Made by a program: the position numbers and the translations under genes. From assembly GCA_950097015.1 (NCBI GenBank), contig CATNEN010000001.1:9300001-9364000 (forward strand): a DNA stretch of 64,000 bases, in the 5' to 3' direction. Under the pieces are notes generated by a model. It was not told the DNA's origin and searched no databases. It saw nothing but the letters and a program-made list of their open reading frames with translations. Positions 1 to 13,600 of this stretch are shown here, one piece after another (position 1 is the stretch's first letter; each line of letters starts with the position of its first letter). Source of the DNA: Macrostomum hystrix. Taxonomy: Eukaryota; Animalia; Platyhelminthes.

Positions 1-1651
1 AATTGGTGTGACGCATTTGAAATCGCATCCTTAATTAGTGTGACGCATTTGAAATCGCATCCTTAATTAGTTAGGCGCACTTGAAATCTCATCCTTAATT
101 AGTGTGACGCACTTGAAATCTCATCCTTAATTAGTGTGACGCACTTGAAATCTCATCCTTAATTAGTGTGACGCACTTGAAATCTCATCCTTAATTAGTG
201 TGACGCACTTGAAATCTCATCCTTAATTAGTGTGACGCACTTGAAATCTCATCCTTAATTAGTGTGGCGCATTTGAAATCTCATCCTTAATTAGTGTGAC
301 GCATTTGAAATCTCATCCTTAATTAGTGTGACGCATTTGAAATCGCATCCTTAATTAGTGTGACGCACTTGAAATCTCATCCTTAATTAGTGTGGCGCAT
401 TTGAAATCTCATCCTTAATTAGTGTGACGCATTTTAAATCTCATCCTTAATTAGTGTGACGCATTTTAAATCTCATCCTTAATTAGTGTGACGCATTTGA
501 AATCTCATCCTTAATTAGTGTGGCGCATTTGAAATCTCATCCTTAATTAGTGTGACGCATTTGAAATCTCATCCTTAATTAGTGTGACGCATTTGAAATC
601 TCATCCTTAATTAGTGTGACGCATTTGAAATCTCATCCTTAATTAGTGTGACGCATTTGAAATCTCATCCTTAATTAGTGTGACGCATTTGAAATCTCAT
701 CCTTAATTAGTGTGACGCATTTGAAATCTCATCCTTAATTAGTGTGACGCATTTGAAATCTCATCCTTAATTAGTGTGACGCATTTGAAATCTCATCCTT
801 AATTAGTGTGACGCATTTGAAATCTCATCCTTAATTAGTGTGGCGCACTTGAAATCTCATCCTTAATTAGTGTGACGCATTTGAAATCTCATCCTTAATT
901 AGTGTGACGCATTTGAAATCGCATCCTTAATTAGTGTGACGCATTTGAAATCTCATCCTTAATTAGTGTGGCGCACTTGAAATCTCATCCTTAATTAGTG
1001 TGACGCATTTGAAATCTCGTCCTTAATTAGTTTGTCGCATTTGAAATCTCATCCTTAATTAGTGTGGCGCACTTGAAATCTCATCCTTAATTAGTTAGGC
1101 GCACTTGAAATCTCATCCTTAATTAGTGTGGCACACTTAAAATCTCATCCTTAATTAGTTAGGCGCACTTGAAATCTCATCCTTAATTAGTGTGACGCAT
1201 TTTAAATCTCATCCTTAATTAGTTAGGCGCACTTGAAATCTCATCCTTAATTAGTGTGGCACACTTGAAATCTCATCCTTAATTAGTTAGGCGCACTTGA
1301 AATCTCATCCTTAATTAGTGTGGCACACTTGAAATCTCATCCTTAATTAGTTAGGCGCATTTGAAATCTCATCCTTAATTAGTGTGACGCATTTGAAATC
1401 TCATCCTTAATTAGTGTGACGCATTTGAAATCTCATCCTTAATTAGTGTGACGCATTTGAAATCTCATCCTTAATTGGTGTGACGCACTTGAAATCTCAT
1501 CCTTAATTAGTGTGACGCACTTGAAATCTCATCCTTAATTAGTGTGACGCATTTGAAATCTCATCCTTAATTAGTGTGACGCATTTGAAATCTCATCCCT
1601 AATTAGTGTGACGCACTTGAAATCGCATCCTTAATTAGTGTGGCGCATTTG
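1..1651. repeat. 32-bp tandem minisatellite (AATTAGTGTGACGCATTTGAAATCTCATCCTT), ~51 copies, runs off the window start
   Basis: Unit recurs every 32 nt (positions 1, 33 ... 481, 961, 1441) with few variants. Confidence 0.97.
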
Positions 1652-1923
1652 TTAAATAATAATTAATATGTACTTAATTTGTTAGTGAGGCGTTTGTAAA
1701 ATTAACTTCCCTGTTATTCTCGCACATCTCAGTTTTCCTATGGAAAAACGTTGCTTTTCTATCAGTGTTACTCACACTAGTAGCATATAACGAATGCGAA
1801 TTGATGAATTCATTAGAAATGTCGCCATTATAATGTAACATTTACGCGCTGAACTAGATTCTCATTGATAATTGCTATTTTAAGAATAAAGGATCATAAG
1901 TGTGTCGAAATCACTTCATGCAG

Positions 1924-2023
1924 TCTTATATAAGCCGCTAATTTCAACATCTACCCTGAGTGATGTTGAACTTGAACTGGACATTCAAAACAGACTGCTG
2001 GATCACAAAATTGGAATTTTATG
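1924..2023 (+). CDS. Possible internal exon of an unidentified gene (LYKPLISTSTLSDVELELDIQNRLLDHKIGIL)
   Basis: Flanked by CAG (1921-1923) and GTAAG (2024), with an open frame in AT-rich DNA. No partner exons or homology recognised. Confidence 0.3.
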
Positions 2024-2568
2024 GTAAGACAATATGTTTTTGTGATCATTATTTAAATAAAAAATTGTAAAGCATTTTCCCCAACCTTTGATTTAATATC
2101 AGAGACTGTATCTCCTAAAATGGTTTTGAAATAGTATTTTAGGACATAACTTTAGAAAATCTATGGACCAGTATATTTTCATTTTGATTTAAAAAAATTT
2201 TGGATTAAAAAATGCGATAAAAATATTTTTTTCACAAGATAAGCACTGTGGAGAGAGATATTTACTTATAAAAAACATGAGATTTGCTTTCGTTTTTAAC
2301 GAACTGTAGAAAAAATGACGCATTTCGGAAAATAATATTTCCTAATTTATTTTTGCGAAAATAAAAGAGAAAATTGACTCGATGCTTTGTATTACAAGAA
2401 AGACAAAAAAAGCGACAATATGAAAAATACATAACTATTTTTGGAGGAGATAAATAGGATAGGATAATCTCCTACTGGGATAAATAGGAGGAGAAAAAAA
2501 GAGCGACAACGCTTTAGGACGACCTCGATGTCGTCATGTCGATTTGGTGCAGTGCTGAACGCCTCTAA

Positions 2569-4811
2569 TTAGAACGACAGTGAGTCGTCTAGGAAAGTGG
2601 TGGCAGCTCGCTCCCTTTTGTTCGGTGCGCGCTGCAGTTGGGCCAGCGACTGCGTATCAAAGCCAATGCACTGTACAACGAAGTGTTTCGTGTGCTTGAC
2701 CTTCCAACCAGCTCCGTCTGTCTCGCCGGAGACTTCAACTTGGGCTAGAAAGCGCTCCGCAATTGTCCACCAATCCGGCGCAGCAAAGGGGCGCAGATCG
2801 ATGGCAACTGGTTTCTACGAGTAGGAAATGGGAAACAGAAAACTAACTTCACCGTTTAACTTGTCTAAGAATATATATGTATATATTTATTTAACTTACG
2901 TTGTCAACTTCAATGTTTGTATCGAACAAAACCTTATTGTCATCGACACGCATCATGGTCACTTTGACATGACTTAGTTTTTCGCTGTCTGTGTTGCAAA
3001 TGATAGGAAATTAGAGTTGTTATTTTAACAATACAAGCACTTATGGGTTATTTCTCAATTATGCTCACCAAAGCCGAAGTCCAGCTTCAACAAGTGGTAG
3101 TCTTCAAGCTCGACATCGAACTGTTTCGGTGGCGACGGCTTGTCTGGAATTAAAAACTATAGCTAGTAAGAAACGATCGCGGAGCTCGATTCCGTGGCGA
3201 GGCCACATTCATTTGGTGAGCAGCCGCGGAGAGAAGGCTTGGGAACTTGTGACTGTGTGCCCGCGTACGGTATCTGTGTGCGTTTGTTCTCAGGAGTCAG
3301 TAAGAATGGGCAGAATTGCCTCCTCGCTGGGTGCAAGTCCAGTGTCGGCCCCCCTGAAATGATTATTAATATATTAAATATTTTATTACAAATCGTTTTG
3401 GAGTCCAATTCTGTCCAACGCCAATTGACACTGTCACGCATTTCGTCAGTCTGATAGCGACAGAGCATAGTCAGCTTTTGGGTCATTTGCTGTACAGTTG
3501 GCCAATCGCCCAACTTGGGACTCGCTGATAGGCCTTGCATAAAACATTAAATAATTCATGTTTAGATTGCTTTCAGACTGCAAAAAATATTTTGTGTTTT
3601 AAGTAGTACACCTAAAAAACAAAAAAACAGAAGCAGCATACACTCACCAGTATAGCCCATATCCATAAGAAGTTTGTAGAATCTTCCATAGTCAGTGAAG
3701 TCTCGCTGTTTAATTTCTACGAGATCAAAGCTTTTGGTGAAGCGTTTTCTGTAATAAGAAAAAAAGTTTTAACCTGAGCAATTTATATATATATTTCGCA
3801 GCTTCCTAGTAGAGCATGCAACTCACGTTTCACCTTCGATATTTTCGCCAATTTTGTCATTTGGCCTCCTATAGTTGATCATACAGAATAGATCATCAGC
3901 AGATGCCCCAATCAGACGATAACTAGAGAAACGCTGTGCCTTGGTGCCGCTTTCAATAAAGATATAGATTTCAGCATTGGCGACACTATTGTCCAATACA
4001 ACAGTCCAATTGAAGTCCAATTTTGATGGCATTTTTGAATTCGCGCCAAAGTAAAATTGTACTTTAAACTGAAAGGTAAATGAATACCAAATTTGAAGGC
4101 AACTGTAACTGGGAATAAAAACTAATAGTAAAACATAAAACAAACTACAATGAGCGAAAGAAGAAGCAACTTACATTAGCAAGCTTGACAATACTAATTG
4201 TCTTTGGTTTAGAGCCTTGAATTACTTGAATGTGGGATCTCTTGACCGGGAAGTTCGGCTGATCCACTTCCAATTCCTGTTGAAATCATAAAATAAAATA
4301 TAAATAAATATTAGTGCAAGAACAGACAACATTCGAAGGAGTCGAAATAAATGTATTCTATATGACTTTTATTTATACCAAGGTTCTGATTGCTAAAATC
4401 TGATTTAGTCTCATATGAACAACACAAATATATATAAGTACAAAAGAAGTTGAAAGTATTTTATAGTATGGCCACTCTTTTTAATATATTGTACAGTAAG
4501 AAGTATATATTGTATATGATGATTGTCTTTTAAAGAAGATGAAAGTAGAAAAATGCTGAAAGTAATCATCATTGTTGTGAAGTACTGGTCCACTTCATTC
4601 TTATCAGATGGATATAATTTATAAACTAGAGAAATTAGTGAAACAATAAATAACACACAAGTATTTAAATATGCATTTTTGCTATCCTTTGAGTAAGTGC
4701 ATTCTCTTATTACTAGTTTAATTGTAAGTGATAATATTATTTCATAAAAAATCAGAAACTTACTTGAGAAACCTCGCTAGCTTTGTTTCCTTCGAAAATT
4801 ACTTGATTCAT
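2569..4811 (-). CDS. Uncharacterised 8-exon protein-coding gene, 348 aa (MNQVIFEGNK...FLDDSLSF*)
   Basis: Exons 4811-4764, 4276-4175, 4068-3827, 3748-3648, 3533-3390, 3143-3069, 2988-2900, 2814-2569. All GT..AG with compatible phases, giving 1047 nt and no internal stop. No family recognised. Confidence 0.75.
3175..3358 (+). mobile_element. tRNA-derived SINE family B, partial copy (intronic)
   Basis: GAGCTCGATTCCG..GAGGCCACATT..GGAGAGAAGGCTT..CTCAGGAGTCAG..GGGCAGAATTGCCTCCTCGCTGG is shared with many other copies in the window. Confidence 0.8.
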
Positions 4812-5889
4812 TTTTATTTTAAAAAGTAAGATAGTACACTGGCAGCGTTTGAACTCTAAGAAGGTAAACGACAAAGTAAGTGTTAGACAGCTTTAAAAGG
4901 CGAAAGGTAAAGTTGAAAATTTTTTTAACTAAGAAGTTAAATTATTTACAAGGAACTATAAAACATCTGATGAAATATACAAGTTGTTAAAATGTAAGCA
5001 TATACTTCAGAGTATCACAGTTTTTGTTATGTAATAATTTGAAGCCTAAAGTTCAATAGGTTTATAGTATAACTGTCGTTCTGTAAGCTCGATTTATTTT
5101 ACTTATTTTCGAAAGCCGAAAAAAAATTAAAATCTAAATTACGTAATTATAAATTTTAACTTTACTACCCATTCTTACATGTTAGCCCTCACGATTTAGT
5201 TTTTGCTTGTGCTTTGAATTTATGTATCATACTTCAGCATGAAAAATACTTGCGCAGTTTGTGGTTGGTTTGTTATTTTGTTCGAAGTTTGTTTTTAAGA
5301 AAGGCTCCGCTTGACCATTTCGCTTACATAAAAATACATTAACATATTGCATTTTTATTAATTTTGAATTTTTTCTATGAATAAATACGAACAAAAAAGG
5401 CATCTATGCTGCGTTCAGAAATTTGCTCTTATAGCGGCTTCACTTCTAGCTGAACTGTCTTAATACGTTTTAGTATTATTAAAAGCGGAAAATTAATGGA
5501 AATGCAACGTACAAAAATATTTATGTCAATTTATGATATTAAGAAACTAAGATATTATCATAGTAACACTGTTCTAAGACTGAACTATTTATATTTTAAT
5601 ACGATTGTTACATTTATACAGTCGATGTGTACAAAAACTACATTTACATACTTATGCGGGAGATCCAAGCAAGCGTTTTGATAAACTGATTTATCACAAA
5701 AGCTTACATAACATTTTTAGTACGTCCAATCTGACAATAAATTTTAAGTATTTTTTTGTGATACAGCGTTTAATTTAGAGAATCAAAAATTAACTGACTA
5801 GCTAATAGAAATACGCATGTAGAGTAGGAAGCTAAAATATATAATGTAGACAATTTTGTTTCGATTGTCGCACGAATTCAAATTTTGAT

Positions 5890-6567
5890 TTACAGAGCCA
5901 ACGTGTCTTTTAAAATCTTTTTAACGGCTCCGCCCATCGTGGCCTGCACCGGATCATCGTTACAAGTTGAATAGTGCACCCGGAAATGGTGTGGTGTCAA
6001 CAACTGGCACTGCATGTCTAGAATCTGGTCGAAATCGCTAGTCCTGGCCAGTTTAGGCTTGTAGGTGTCCGGATTGACCATTGTCTCGTTAATGTAAAAT
6101 ATGGCATCGGTGACAGCTTGGGTCAGCTTCTCCCGGTGCGCACAGCGGGCGGTCTCGCTGTCGAAGGCTACCAGGGTGACGTGCACAATCCAGATCTCCC
6201 AGGGCACCGGGTCGCTGGCGAACACGCCCCATTTGGCTCGCTTCTGTTCGTGAAACTCCAGAGCCACACTGCCGGTGGCCCGGTCCGGGTTCTGGCCAGA
6301 TCGAAGCTGATTTACAAACGCTCTAATTGGCTGGTTCACCCTAGAGACTACTTCGTCGCAGGAGACTCGGGTGTACGTCACTTCGATGGATTCGCAGTCT
6401 TCGTCCGTGAAACCGGCGGCGCCCACTGTCCAGGTGTTGCCGCCCTCCTTAACTGAGATTTTGGCATAGCATCTGTGCAGGAGGACGGTGTGGAATACGG
6501 AGCGGATAACCTCCTCAACTTCCATGCCCTCCAAGTCGAATGAGAAAGTGTGCTTTTGAACGTTCAT
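5890..6567 (-). CDS. ATG101: Autophagy-related protein 101 (HORMA domain), single coding exon, 225 aa from MNVQKH
   Basis: VEEVIRSVFHTVLLHR, DCESIEVTYTRVS, LEFHEQKRAKW..PWEIW and C-terminal KILKDTLAL match animal ATG101 (HTVLLHR, PWEVW, IKDTLAL). The ATG at 6567 aligns with the known N-terminus. Confidence 0.95.
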   Translation of the reverse strand: MNVQKHTFSFDLEGMEVEEVIRSVFHTVLLHRCYAKISVKEGGNTWTVGAAGFTDEDCESIEVTYTRVSCDEVVSRVNQPIRAFVNQLRSGQNPDRATGSVALEFHEQKRAKWGVFASDPVPWEIWIVHVTLVAFDSETARCAHREKLTQAVTDAIFYINETMVNPDTYKPKLARTSDFDQILDMQCQLLTPHHFRVHYSTCNDDPVQATMGGAVKKILKDTLAL

Positions 6568-6769
6568 GCCGGCAATTGGCTGGAATGCGAAACGGAAAAC
6601 CTCGGGCTCATAGAATGGTAGCACAGATTCGCCAAGCAATTAAATCCAGCCTGATGTACTATCTAACATATGCCTCATCTCTCACCTGTCTTATCTCTAC
6701 AGCGTCTCGTCTACCATGTATCTAATCTCTACTGTGTCTAATATATTCTGTATCTAATCTCTCCCGGGT

Positions 6770-7085
6770 CTTGTCTACGCTGTATCCAATCTCTACCGTT
6801 TTTATCTAACCTGTATCTAATCTCTCCAGTGTCTTGTCTACCCTGTATCTAATCTCTCCAGTGTCTTGTCTACCCTGTCTCTAATCTCTCCCGTGTCTTG
6901 TCTACCCTGTATCTAATCTCTCCCGTGTCTTGTCTACCCTGTATCTAATCTCTCCCGTGTCTTGTCTACCCTGTATCTAATCTCTCCCGTGTCTTGTCTA
7001 CCCTGTATCTAATCTCTCCCGTGTCTTGTCTACCCTGTATCTAATCTCTCCCGTGTCTTGTCTACCCTGTATCTAATCTCTCCAG
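6770..7085. repeat. 32-bp minisatellite (TGTCTTGTCTACCCTGTATCTAATCTCTCCCG) between NAT10 and ATG101
   Basis: About 9 direct copies with degenerate edges. Confidence 0.9.
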
Positions 7086-7628
7086 TCTCTCATTTGCCCT
7101 GTATATAAACTCTCCTATGTCTGCCTTATCACAGATCTTATCTCTTGCGTTTCTCTTCTTTGCCCTATCTCATCTAATCAGTGTAACTCTTTAGTGTGTT
7201 ATATTTCATTTGTCTCAACCCTCCCGTGTAATTTCAGCCCTGTCTAATCTCTCCCGTGCAAATAGTAATAAGCTGAAACTAAAATGATCAGACTTCCAAG
7301 TAGAAAAAATCCATAAGTATAGTCTATTCAACTTACTAATATAAGAATTAACATAAGCAACGAATGCCTCGGAAAATAACTTGTCATAGCAAAACTGAAA
7401 ATAAACCAGACAAGACAACCAGGCCGTCATTGAAATCCACAACAGGACAAACTGCGAATGCAACACACTCAGTTAATTCTTCACAAATAGTTGTTAAACT
7501 TGTAGGAAAAAATGCTTCACAATAGTTTGCTGAGCTGCTTAACAAATGCCTTCTTACAGATAGGGATAACCATGATTAGCTACAGGCCTACAGCACAATG
7601 CAGCGAGTTAGTCTGTTCTGTTAGAAAT

Positions 7629-10600
7629 TCACTTGAACTTTGGCTTCTTTTTCTTGCCACCGAAACCTCCGCCGCCGCCGCCACCCTGTCGTTTTCCATT
7701 GCCAAACTGTTCCGACTTCTGCTGCTGCTGCTGCTGCTGCTGCCTGTGCTTGGCATTGACCCTGCTCAAAGTTGGCAGAGCAGATCCCGGCGCAGCATCA
7801 GCCGGTATGGCGAAGTCCTCGGCGCCTCCGTCGGCTAGCAGCAGCTCCTGGAGTCGGCGCCGATGCTCGGCTTCAACTTCGGCAGCTCCGGCTTCCAGTT
7901 CCTCGGCTAGGCCAGTCGACTGATGCTGCTGACCAACAAGCGGCGCCTCTGAGGGGCGGAGCTGAGGCAGCAGGCGCTCCGAGACGCCGGCTTCTTGCAG
8001 TTCGCGCAGGGTTCGCTCCGCTTTGCGAATGATGCGATTGAATAGGCCCAGCACCTGGGGGAGGGGGTGGGTGCATGCCACTGGACTCCGATTGGCTAGT
8101 AGAGTAGGGAGAGGTGCGGGAGTGAAGTTTATGAGGAAGAGACAGGGAAACAGTGGGATAAGGAGAGAGGGTGGGAAAATGAGATAGAAGGGGGAGAAAG
8201 GGAGAGAGAGTGGGAGACAGGGAGAGGGAGAGTGGGAGACAGGGAGAGAGAGTGGGAGACAGAGAGAGAGTGGGAGACAGGGAGAGAGAGTGGGAGACAG
8301 TGAGAGAGAGAGTGGGAGACAGGGAGAGAGAGTGGGAGACAGGGAGAGAGGGAGGGAGAGTGAGAGTGTGAGAGTGTGAGAGAGGGAGGGAGTGAGAGTG
8401 TGAGAGTGTGAGAGAGGGAGGGAGAGAGAGTGTGTGAGACGCAGAGGACTGGGTATTGGGAGTGCAAAGGTGCAGTACCAACCAAAGTGCTCAACACAGT
8501 CATGGCTAACCTGCGATGCCGGCATGTCCAAATCGGCGGCCACTGAGTCGGCAGTTTTCATCTGCAGTCCGCAGCCAAGCAGGATGGCCTGTTGAGTGGC
8601 CGTCAGGCCGCCCATCTCACCAAGATCGCCGGCGAAGTACAGTCGAGCCAAAGGGGTCAACAAGTCCGTGATGAGGTGATGATCGGCCTATAAAATGTGA
8701 GATCAAATGGCGTCATTCTTTACTTAAAAATCAATGACTAATTAATGAAAATAGTAACAGAATACACCTATGATCAATGGCAATGACGAATCTAGAATAC
8801 ACATCACCAATGACCAATGGTAATGAGCAATCTAGAATACACATCACCAATGACCAATGGTTATGACCCATGTAGAATACACATCACCAATGACCAATGG
8901 TAATGAACAATCTAGAATACACATCACCAATGACCAATGGTAATGACGAATGAAAAATACACATCACCTATGACCAATGGTAATGACGAATCTAGAATAC
9001 ACATCAGCTATGACCAATGGCAATGATCAATCTAAAATACACATCACCTATGACCAATGGTAATGACGAATGTAAAATACACATCACCTATGACCAATGG
9101 TAATGACGAATGTAAACTACACATCACCTATGACCAATGGTAATGACGAATGTAACATACACATCACCTATGACCAATGGTAATGACGAATGTAAAATAC
9201 ACATCACCTATGACCAATGGTAATGACGAATGTAAACTACACATCACCTATGACCAATGGTAATGACGAATGTAAAATACACATCACCTATGACCAATGG
9301 CGATGATCAATCTAGAATGCACATCAGCTATGACCAATGGTAATGATCAATCTAGAATGCACATCAGCTATGACCAATGGTAATGATCAATCTAGAATAC
9401 ACATCAGCTATGACCAATGGCGATGATCAATCTAGAATACACATTACCAATGACCAATGGTAATGACCCATGTAGAATACACATTAGCTATGACCAATGG
9501 TAATGACCCATGTAGAATACACATCAGCTATGACCAATGGTAATGACCCATGTAGAATACACATCAGCTATGACCAATGGTAATGACCCATGTAGAATAC
9601 ACATCAGCTATGACCAATGGTAATGACCCATGTAGAATACACATCAGCTATGACCAATGGTAATGACCAATCTAGAATACACATCAGCTATGACCAATGG
9701 TAATGACCCATGTAGAATACACATTAGCTATGACCAATGGTAATGACCCATGTAGAATACACATCAGCTATGACCAATGGTAATGACCCATGTAGAATAC
9801 ACATCAGCTATGACCAATGGTAATGACCCATGTAGAATACACATCAGCTATGACCAATGGTAATGACCCATGTAGAATACACATCAGCTATGACCAATGG
9901 TAATGACCAATCTAGAATACACATCAGCTATGACCAATGGTAATGACCAATCTAGAATACACATCAGCTATGACCAATGGTAATGACCAATCTAGAATAC
10001 ACATCAGCTATGACCAATGGTAATGACCCATGTAGAATACACATTAGCTATGACCAATGGTAATGACCCATGTAGAATACACATCAGCTATGACCAATGG
10101 TAATGACCCATGTAGAATACACATCAGCTATGACCAATGGTAATGACCCATGTAGAATACACATCAGCTATGACCAATGGTAATGACCCATGTAGAATAC
10201 ACATCAGCTATGACCAATGGTAATGACCAATCTAGAATACACATTGGGCATAGGTGTAATGACCCGAGCTCACCTGAGCAGCCGCATAGTCAGCCAGTCG
10301 GCGCAGGTCGTAGGCGCTAAAGGCTTGCTCAACCCTGGCGGCATTCAGGGCCGGAGGTCGGCGCGCCTGCAGCTGCCGATGCCTGACGAGCTCCAGCGCG
10401 AACGCCACCGGCAGTCTACGAAGCGACTCGCCAGCCAGCAGGTGCAAAAGGCGACGTCGGAAATCAACGAAATAGTCCAGCAGCCAGTCTGGATGGGGAG
10501 CGTCATTGGTTGCTAGGTGACGCAATAGTACAGCCGAGTGCTCGCCTGTGATTGGATTAGCCGTCTGGCGCAGGTACAGCGGAGCGAAGCCGGCTCGCTT

Positions 10601-13600
10601 CCAGAAGCGGGTCAGGTCGTGGGTCAGACCGAAGCTGACAGCCAAATAGTGGAGAGACTCAGGCTGGCGTTCGGTTAGGGCTGACAGCAGCGGCGGTAGT
10701 TGGGATCTGTTTTTTTAGAATGGGAAGCTTTTTCTAGTCTTAAACTTTTTCACAAAAAACAGAAAAAAACAGCGTGATTTAACTTGTGGTGGCCCTAAAA
10801 TGGGCCGTTTTCAACTTCCTTTCCGATACATAACTAATAAAAGCGCTCAAAAATATGATTACTTATTAATTTATTTTATAGTGGAGGATGTAAGGGGTAA
10901 GTTTGGTGGCCCTAAAATGGGCCGTTTTAATATTTTTTACCTCGACTTCGGCGTCAGAGTCTCCGATCTCAATCCGTTTGCCGTCTCCTCGTCTTCTTCT
11001 TCAGTGTTGGCACGATTTTTAACAACGGCTAGTGTTCCAGCAGCAGCAGCAGCGTCCCCTTCGCCAGGATCCGCCATAAGGCAAGGAAATTTTCCTTCGT
11101 AATAATCAGCCAATAGTTGCAAAGCCCTGGAGCCGTAGCCCATTCGCTGATAATCCGGATGGGTGGCCACGCGAACAACGCGAGCTCCTGATAGGCTGGG
11201 AAAATCCGCATCGGAGAACTGCTGCGACACTGTCCACGGTACCAGGTCGCCGGCCGGGCGGCGGCCCTGAGCCAGGGCTCGATGAACCGAATCGCGATTG
11301 ATGGCACCCTCCAGGCACACCTGGACGATGGGATTTTAATGAAATTTGTACCTGCTGATGGGTAGACTAGTGAGATCATTGGGATTAAAATGGATTATCA
11401 GGATAAATAGGATTATTCAGATAATTAAGGTTGTCGGGATATAGCTGAGATAATCGGGATTCGGGATAAATGTTATTATTGGGATAAATGGTATTATTGG
11501 GATAAATGGCATTATTGGGATAAATGGTATTATTGGGATAAATGGTATCATTGGGATAAATGGCATTATTGGGATAAATGGCATTATTGGGATAAATTGT
11601 ATTACTGGGATAAATGGTATCATTGGGATAAATGTTTTCATTGGGATAAATGGTATTATTGGGATAAATGGTATTATGGGGATAAATGGTATTATTGGGA
11701 TAAATGGTATTATTGGGATAAATGGTATCATTGGGATAAATGGTATTATTGGGATAAATGGTATTATTGGGATAAATGGCATTATTGGGATAAATTGTAT
11801 TATTGGGATAAATGGCATTATTGGGATAAATGGTATTACTGGGATAAATGGTATCATTGGGATAAATGGTATTATTGGGATAAATGGCATTATTGGGATA
11901 AATGTTATTATCGGGATAAATGGTATCATTGGGATAAATTGTATCATTGGGATAAATGGTATCATTGGGATAAATGGTATCATTGGGATAAATGGCATTA
12001 TTGGGATAAATGGCATTATTGGGATAAATGGCATTATTGGGATAAATGGCATTATTGGGATAAATGGTATCATTGGGATAAATTGTATTATTGGGATAAA
12101 TGTTATTATCGGGATAAATGGTATCATTGGGATAAATGGTATCATTGGGATAAATGGCATTATTGGGATAAATGGCATTATTGGGATAAATGGCATTATT
12201 GGGATAAATGGTATCATTGGGATAAATTGTATTATTGGGATAAATTGTATTATTGGGATAAATGGTATTATTGGGATAAATGGTATTATTGGTATAAATG
12301 GTATTACTGGGATAAATTGTATTATTGGGATGAATTGCATTATTGGGATAAATGGTATGATTAAGATAAACGGTATTATTTGGATAACTGAGATTGTTGA
12401 GATAATTAGGATTATTGATATAACTAAGATCATTTAAACAATCGGGATTGTAGTAAAAACCTGGTGCATTTTGAGCACATAATAGCAGCATTATCACCTG
12501 TAGAACAGTGAGAATCTCCGGCAATTGATTAGGTCCAGCATTCTTATCGAACGGGCCCAACAGTACAAAGATATGATGAGCCGGCGCGTCTGATAGCATC
12601 TGCAGATCGTTAGGCGAGTTCTTGTAATGACTTGAGACATACAATGACATCAGGCGGTGAAGAAATGCTTCCGTGAACTTGTGATAGGCGAATAAGGTGT
12701 CCCGATTCACGTAGTACAACTGGCACTGCGACGGACTGGGACAACCGGAATGCAGCACTGGCACCGAGGAGCAGTCCAGACAGAGCAGGTCGTTCAGCCA
12801 CGACTCTATAGGATCACCTGGGCCGTACCTGGATGTTCGAGGAATTAAACAGTCCTTGTTTAGTCGGATAAAAATGTCAGCTTCAGAAGGATGAGTTAGC
12901 ACTCGCTAGACTTTCAGATGGGAAATGTGAGATGAGATGTGCGTCATTCAATCTGATCTGCTTTCCCATCATTGGCAGATGAATTCATTATACAAAGGAA
13001 TGCGAAAAAAGAAGAAAATATTTTACAAAAACATATTTGTACTTATTTTATTATGTTACTTACAGTTTATTGTCCCTAGCTGTGTTAGTTTAAGCAAAGA
13101 AACGTATTTAACCATTCTCTCTCCTTGCTTAACTCCAGTCAATCCGGTCATTCCTTCCAGTCTATGGGTCATTCCTTCCAGTCTATGGGTCATTCCTTTC
13201 AGTCTATGGGTCATTCCTTTCAGTCTATGGGTCATTCCTTCCAGTCTATGGGTCATTCCTTCCAGTCTATGGGTCATTCCTTCCAGTCTATGGGTCATTC
13301 CTTTCAGTCTATGGGTCATTCCTTCCAGTCTATGGGTCATTTCTTTCAGTCTCTGCGGTCATTCCTTCCTCAGTGCCACCAGTCAAGAACACAGAGTGTA
13401 CATCCCTTTACGGGGCTGAGATTTGAACCACCGACCTTTCAATCAGAAGTTTGAAGCTCTAGCTACGTACTAATCTACAAACTCTAAACGGCCAACAAAG
13501 AAAAAGACGTACTCACCGGATAGACTCATCCAGGGTGATCTCCTTTAACTGGCTGGAAGCATCCTGCCTGAGTTGGGCAATCAGTTTCAAAGACAGCGAC

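Noticed and set aside
1-1651. Regular ~30-bp arrays (also 18590-20210 and 27020-29248) as CRISPR
   Set aside because: Units are head-to-tail with no unique spacers, there are no cas genes, and the context is eukaryotic.
6568-6639. 24-aa N-terminal extension of ATG101 from the ORF track
   Set aside because: It starts at TTG and spans a splice acceptor; homology begins at the ATG at 6567.
11385-12437. Long repeat-protein ORFs (YPNNTI, IPIIPF, YYWDKW, GINGII)
   Set aside because: An 18-bp intronic minisatellite open in several frames on both strands; NAT10 splices around it.
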